Source of the DNA: Promethearchaeota archaeon
GTDB lineage: Archaea > Asgardarchaeota > Lokiarchaeia > Sigyniarchaeales > SOKP01
Direction: 5' to 3'
Assembly: GCA_016930515.1 (NCBI GenBank)
Contig: JAFGGO010000086.1
Location: 1 to 32,024 of the forward strand
Length of the DNA stretch: 32,024 nt
Shown piece by piece: positions 28,163 to 32,024 of this stretch (position 1 is the stretch's first letter; each line of letters begins with the position of its first letter). The notes below the pieces were generated by a model, which worked only from the letters and a program-made list of their open reading frames with translations, was not told the origin of the DNA and searched no databases. Position numbers and translations under genes: made by a program.

Positions 28163-29245
28163 TTACACGATCGCCTGACGGACATCTGCTATGTTTTCAC
28201 AGACCTCCAGAGCCATCATTGAGAAAGATAATCCGGAACCATATCCCATGAGAAGGATTTTTCCCCCCGGAAGCACCTGGTTCTCATTGAGTATTTTTTG
28301 CAGTGTAAACGGTATTGAAACAGAAGCCATGTTACCGAATGAATCAAGGGTGATGGGGCACTTCTCAATGGGTAAACCCATCGAATCCAAACCCGCTTTA
28401 ATGATCTTAATACTTGGCTGATGAGGTATAAAGAGGTCGATATCTTCTTTTGTCCAGCCTATATCATTTAATAAATTGTGAATCATGTCAGGACCATGTA
28501 ATAATGCTCCATCGAATAATGCTTTTGAATCGACAAACATCGGTTTTTCCATTGAAGGCAGGATGCTGAGGTCGGCATAATGACTTAATGTTGTTCTCGA
28601 ATATGCGTTAAAACTCAAAGAAGTTTTCCCAGAATATGAATCCGGGCAGATAAGCGCGGCAACAGCACCATCTCCTAAAGTCAATGCCGCCATACACTCC
28701 GTTCCTCTTTCCCGGTTTATCATTGCATTATAGCTGTTCTTCAACACCGTGCACCCTTTTTCAGCACCTATAATAAGGGCCAATTTTGATTTTCCTGAGG
28801 CAATAAAAGAATCAACTACAATCAATCCGTCAAGGAAACCTAAACAGGCGTTGGAAATGTCAAAGCTCGTTGCCGAATGAATCCCGATTTTTTTTTGTAT
28901 TAGAGATGCTGTCGAAGGCTCGGCATACATGCGGCAAACAGAACAAAAAATGACTGTATCTATATCTTCAAGATGGATGTCATTATTATTACTCTGTGCA
29001 TTTCTAATTGCGTCACATGCCGCCAGCGCGCCCATTTCTACAACCGTCATCCCCTCTGGCGCTTCTCTTCGCTCAGTAACACCAGCGCGCTTACAGATAT
29101 CGTATCCGTTTAACTCTGGTAAAGCATTATTGATCCCCTTCTGGATGTGCGAACTTTCAAGAACATTTTCGGGAATCCAGCATCCAAATTCCATAATTTT
29201 AACCGAACCCATATGAGTGGGTAATTTCTTAACCATCGTTTTCAT
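28163..29245 (-). CDS. KAS III/FabH-superfamily condensing enzyme, OleA-like
   Basis: EPSTAS, FDISNACLGF (catalytic Cys), AALTLGDGA, HQPS, GNMASVSIP and GSGLS motifs. Confidence 0.88.
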   Translation of the reverse strand: MKTMVKKLPTHMGSVKIMEFGCWIPENVLESSHIQKGINNALPELNGYDICKRAGVTERREAPEGMTVVEMGALAACDAIRNAQSNNNDIHLEDIDTVIFCSVCRMYAEPSTASLIQKKIGIHSATSFDISNACLGFLDGLIVVDSFIASGKSKLALIIGAEKGCTVLKNSYNAMINRERGTECMAALTLGDGAVAALICPDSYSGKTSLSFNAYSRTTLSHYADLSILPSMEKPMFVDSKALFDGALLHGPDMIHNLLNDIGWTKEDIDLFIPHQPSIKIIKAGLDSMGLPIEKCPITLDSFGNMASVSIPFTLQKILNENQVLPGGKILLMGYGSGLSFSMMALEVCENIADVRQAIV

Positions 29246-29391
29246 AATAATCCCCCGAAGAATTTGTTTTTTAAGTACAAATTAAAGTTTACAAATTCTG
29301 TCACTAATATTATTTACCAAATATAAACATTGCAAAAAATGTAGAATTTTATCATACAGTGATTAGGTTCAATAAAAGTAGGACGAAAAGG

Positions 29392-29410
29392 AAGTAATTC
29401 AGAATTACTT
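29392..29410. promoter_or_regulatory. Perfect 19-bp palindrome
   Basis: AAGTAATTC-A-GAATTACTT, about 150 nt upstream of the OleA-like gene. Confidence 0.45.
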
Positions 29411-29844
29411 GGACAACTTAGTTTTGAATAATAGTGGATAAATTAAAGGTTCTTTTGAATATTAGCACCATTTCTGTTTCAAAAGAATCATCAAAAAAAA
29501 AAGGAGTTACATCTTTTTTTGAAAAAGTATCATCTTTTCTGTAAATTTACAACAATAGTGTAACTACAATTAAATAATGAAAAATTTTACTTATAAATTT
29601 TAATGTTTAAACCATTCTCTGACGATCTATAATTTCTATGCGATAATTAAACTAAAAAATGATTGTAGAATAAATGAAAAAAAATCTGAAAATACGATTA
29701 AAAAATTAGAAAAAATAAACCACCTTTACCCATCTTATTATCTAATAAATCCAATATTTGAGAAGGGATTTTTTGCCCTCAAATTTAACTTAGAGATATA
29801 AATTATAAATGTTTAAATTCCAAAAGATCTAAGGATTAAATATT

Positions 29845-30423
29845 ATGATTACTGATGTTAATTACTTTCTAAGAAGATATATCCAAGCGGAGGATGATTT
29901 TCTCGATATTATGGATTATATTAATATAACTGAGAATTGGAATGACCCTTGTTATAAAATTGGATCTTCAAAACTAATGGATTTTTGTTTAAAAGTCTGT
30001 ACAGAAATTGAAACTCTTTTTCGCGAAATTTTAAATAGTACCAGATTTGATTCTCATCAAGATATATCTAGAAAGAGAAATAACCAAAATATTAATGTAT
30101 ATATGGATGTTATAGAACCAGTTTATGAATTAGGGAAATATTCCGTTTTTTTTCTACAAGGAAGAATGGAAATTTGGCCATTTTTGAATTTTAACACTCA
30201 AACTCCAGAATGGTTTAAAATTTACTCAAAATATAAACATAATAAATTGGAATTACTGAAAAGATGGAATATTAAAGCTAGCATTCATGCTCTTAGTGCG
30301 TTTCTCATTCTTGCTATAAATCATCCAACAATTGATGGAAAAAATTTTATAAGTAATAGCGTTTTTCAAAGAGTCTTAGATTTAATATCAGCTAGACCTA
30401 GATTTAGTTTACCTCCAACTTAA
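29845..30423 (+). CDS. Hypothetical protein, possible HEPN-like fold
   Basis: LKVCTEIETLFREI helix and PEWFKIYSKYKHN motif; very low GC. Confidence 0.5.
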   Translation: MITDVNYFLRRYIQAEDDFLDIMDYINITENWNDPCYKIGSSKLMDFCLKVCTEIETLFREILNSTRFDSHQDISRKRNNQNINVYMDVIEPVYELGKYSVFFLQGRMEIWPFLNFNTQTPEWFKIYSKYKHNKLELLKRWNIKASIHALSAFLILAINHPTIDGKNFISNSVFQRVLDLISARPRFSLPPT

Positions 30424-30472
30424 TATACTATTATAGTTCTTAGATGCAAAGGCAGAAGATAAGAAAGAGATA

Positions 30473-30611
30473 TTAGACAACTCCATCTCTACCATCTGAA
30501 TCATCAATATTTGTAAATTTTCCTAGGTTATCAAATTCATTCAAAGCAAGTACATAACAAATCTTCAAAGGTCTTTCTTGGATTTCCTTGTAATCTACTC
30601 CAGTCAATCAT
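30473..30611 (-). pseudogene. Frameshifted, truncated remnant of an Mrr-like restriction-endonuclease N-terminal domain
   Basis: MIDWSRLQGNPRKTFEDL, frameshift, then YVLALNEFDNLGKFTNIDDSDGRDGVV*. Restoring 2 nt (TG) gives FEDLCY. Confidence 0.55.
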
Positions 30612-30781
30612 TTTAATCCGAAATATCTCTATATTAAAAATTTGTAGTTTTTGTCATCTTAAATCTAATTGCATATATACTTTACAAGTTCTATATATTT
30701 GTTTTAAGGACTCATGATATTATTTCTGAAACAGAACAAATTCTAAGAATTATGTAATATTTTATTTAGAAGGGATAAGAT

Positions 30782-31987
30782 CTAAATATTTAGATCATCA
30801 AGATCTAAATCATAATTCATAAAGTCTATACACTTTTGTTTTCTTTCCTTGTCAAGATCTAATTTCATAAAAAGTTCTTTAAACTTAATGATTGAAATGT
30901 TTGGATGTGAATTTAATCTTTTTTCGTAGTCAAAAAATGGATTTTCATTCCATACCCAAATTTCAAGAATATAATCAAAGTATTCTTTAATTTGAATTTT
31001 GGATTTAAAGTTATTATCATCTTGAATCGTAGTTTTAATTAGATCAATCTTATTTAAAATTGTATCTATATATTTATCGTGTAAGTCATTTTTACATTCA
31101 ATTAAATGTAGAAGTTCGTTATTATCTTTATAAACTAAATCAAATTCAAAAGTAGATTGAGTAGATTTAATTTTTTCTGACCAAAATATATCAATCTGTC
31201 TTGTTTTTGTAAGATAATAATAGATTAAAAGTTCTAAATATGATCCTTTAAATTCTGAGAGAAAAATCCTTCCAAATTTAACCAAATTAGATCTTTGTAA
31301 TAGATTTGGTAAATATCTTCTTATTAGTAATTCCGAAGAAACTTCAAAGGTTTCAATTTCAAAATCTCCTAATAGTTCCATTTGTCGAATAAAATCTTCA
31401 ATTAAAAGGCGATAATCATTGCTTGTTCCCATTGGATCATCCGTACCAAGTTCATAAAAAACAATCCAGCCACTTTCATTTAATAATATAGCATAAGAAT
31501 AAAAAAATGAATCAGATGCATTAATTTTATGTATTATTCTCTTAAGAATTATCTTTTCTTTTAGGTTCTCCCGATCTTTCAAATCTAATGTACCTAATAA
31601 TAATCTTTTAAATGTAAGAAATCCTTCAAAATCTCTCTTATAATTAAAGTGAAGTATAGTTACGGGTTTAAAGTAAAATTCTTGTTCTAAACTTTGAGCA
31701 TCTGCAATTTTTTTTACTTTTTTTTTCATATCTTCAATCAGTATATTTAATGATTTTTTAATACTATTTCTTAAGGATTTCTTCTTTAATGAACTATCAT
31801 CTTTAAGATCAAAATGATTTTCTAAGAAAAAAACGAATGGATTCGTGATATTAAAATTATTAAAACACGGTTCGATTAATTTATCCCAAATTTTTCCGAA
31901 GTATTTATCCAAGGATAACCATTTTTTTCGTATTTCAATTCCTTTTTTTAATCTTTTTTTATCCTTTCTATAAATTTGAAGTATCAT
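30782..31987 (-). CDS. Hypothetical protein with C-terminal PD-(D/E)XK nuclease domain
   Basis: GSYLELLI...EFDLVY...LHLIECKN; very low GC. Confidence 0.65.
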   Translation of the reverse strand: MILQIYRKDKKRLKKGIEIRKKWLSLDKYFGKIWDKLIEPCFNNFNITNPFVFFLENHFDLKDDSSLKKKSLRNSIKKSLNILIEDMKKKVKKIADAQSLEQEFYFKPVTILHFNYKRDFEGFLTFKRLLLGTLDLKDRENLKEKIILKRIIHKINASDSFFYSYAILLNESGWIVFYELGTDDPMGTSNDYRLLIEDFIRQMELLGDFEIETFEVSSELLIRRYLPNLLQRSNLVKFGRIFLSEFKGSYLELLIYYYLTKTRQIDIFWSEKIKSTQSTFEFDLVYKDNNELLHLIECKNDLHDKYIDTILNKIDLIKTTIQDDNNFKSKIQIKEYFDYILEIWVWNENPFFDYEKRLNSHPNISIIKFKELFMKLDLDKERKQKCIDFMNYDLDLDDLNI

Positions 31988-32024
31988 ATCTAAAGGTGAA
32001 ATTCTTATATCCTTAAATTGGAAT

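Noticed and set aside
25502-29245. Esterase, Fe-S protein and OleA as an ole operon
   Set aside because: The hydrolase is HSL-type rather than haloalkane-dehalogenase-like OleB. There is no OleC or OleD, and the genes are on opposite strands with large gaps.
1-32024. tRNA, rRNA, CRISPR arrays, transposases and in-frame TGA selenoproteins
   Set aside because: None recognised by eye. Dedicated scans were not possible.

Overview
Archaeal chromosomal window, very probably from an Asgard archaeon (Lokiarchaeia-like). This is inferred from aEF1A, aIF2-alpha, PriS/PriL/GINS, RpoL and TBP, eukaryotic-signature proteins (Arf-like GTPase, longin/uDENN-winged-helix protein, profilin-like domain) and a Loki-CTERM-like tail. 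From left to right: a giant LamG/Ig-like membrane protein abutting a truncated longin/uDENN-WH gene; rpoL, RNase III-like and DUF99 genes; an Arf-like GTPase; EF-1alpha with no canonical in-frame start before its conserved N-terminus; a triplicated NosD beta-helix surface protein; aIF2a-nop10 convergent with priL-priS-gins; hsp20; a divergent TBP paralogue; small redox/metal proteins, including a 52-aa Cys-rich ORF missed by the ORF track; an orphan EutA-type actin-fold ATPase fused to a profilin-like domain and preceded by a divergent regulator and palindrome (best candidate for a new system); an HSL esterase; an HdrD/GlpC-like Fe-S protein; an OleA-like condensing enzyme; and a very AT-rich putative defence-island margin. 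All family calls come from motif recognition by eye, not from database searches.
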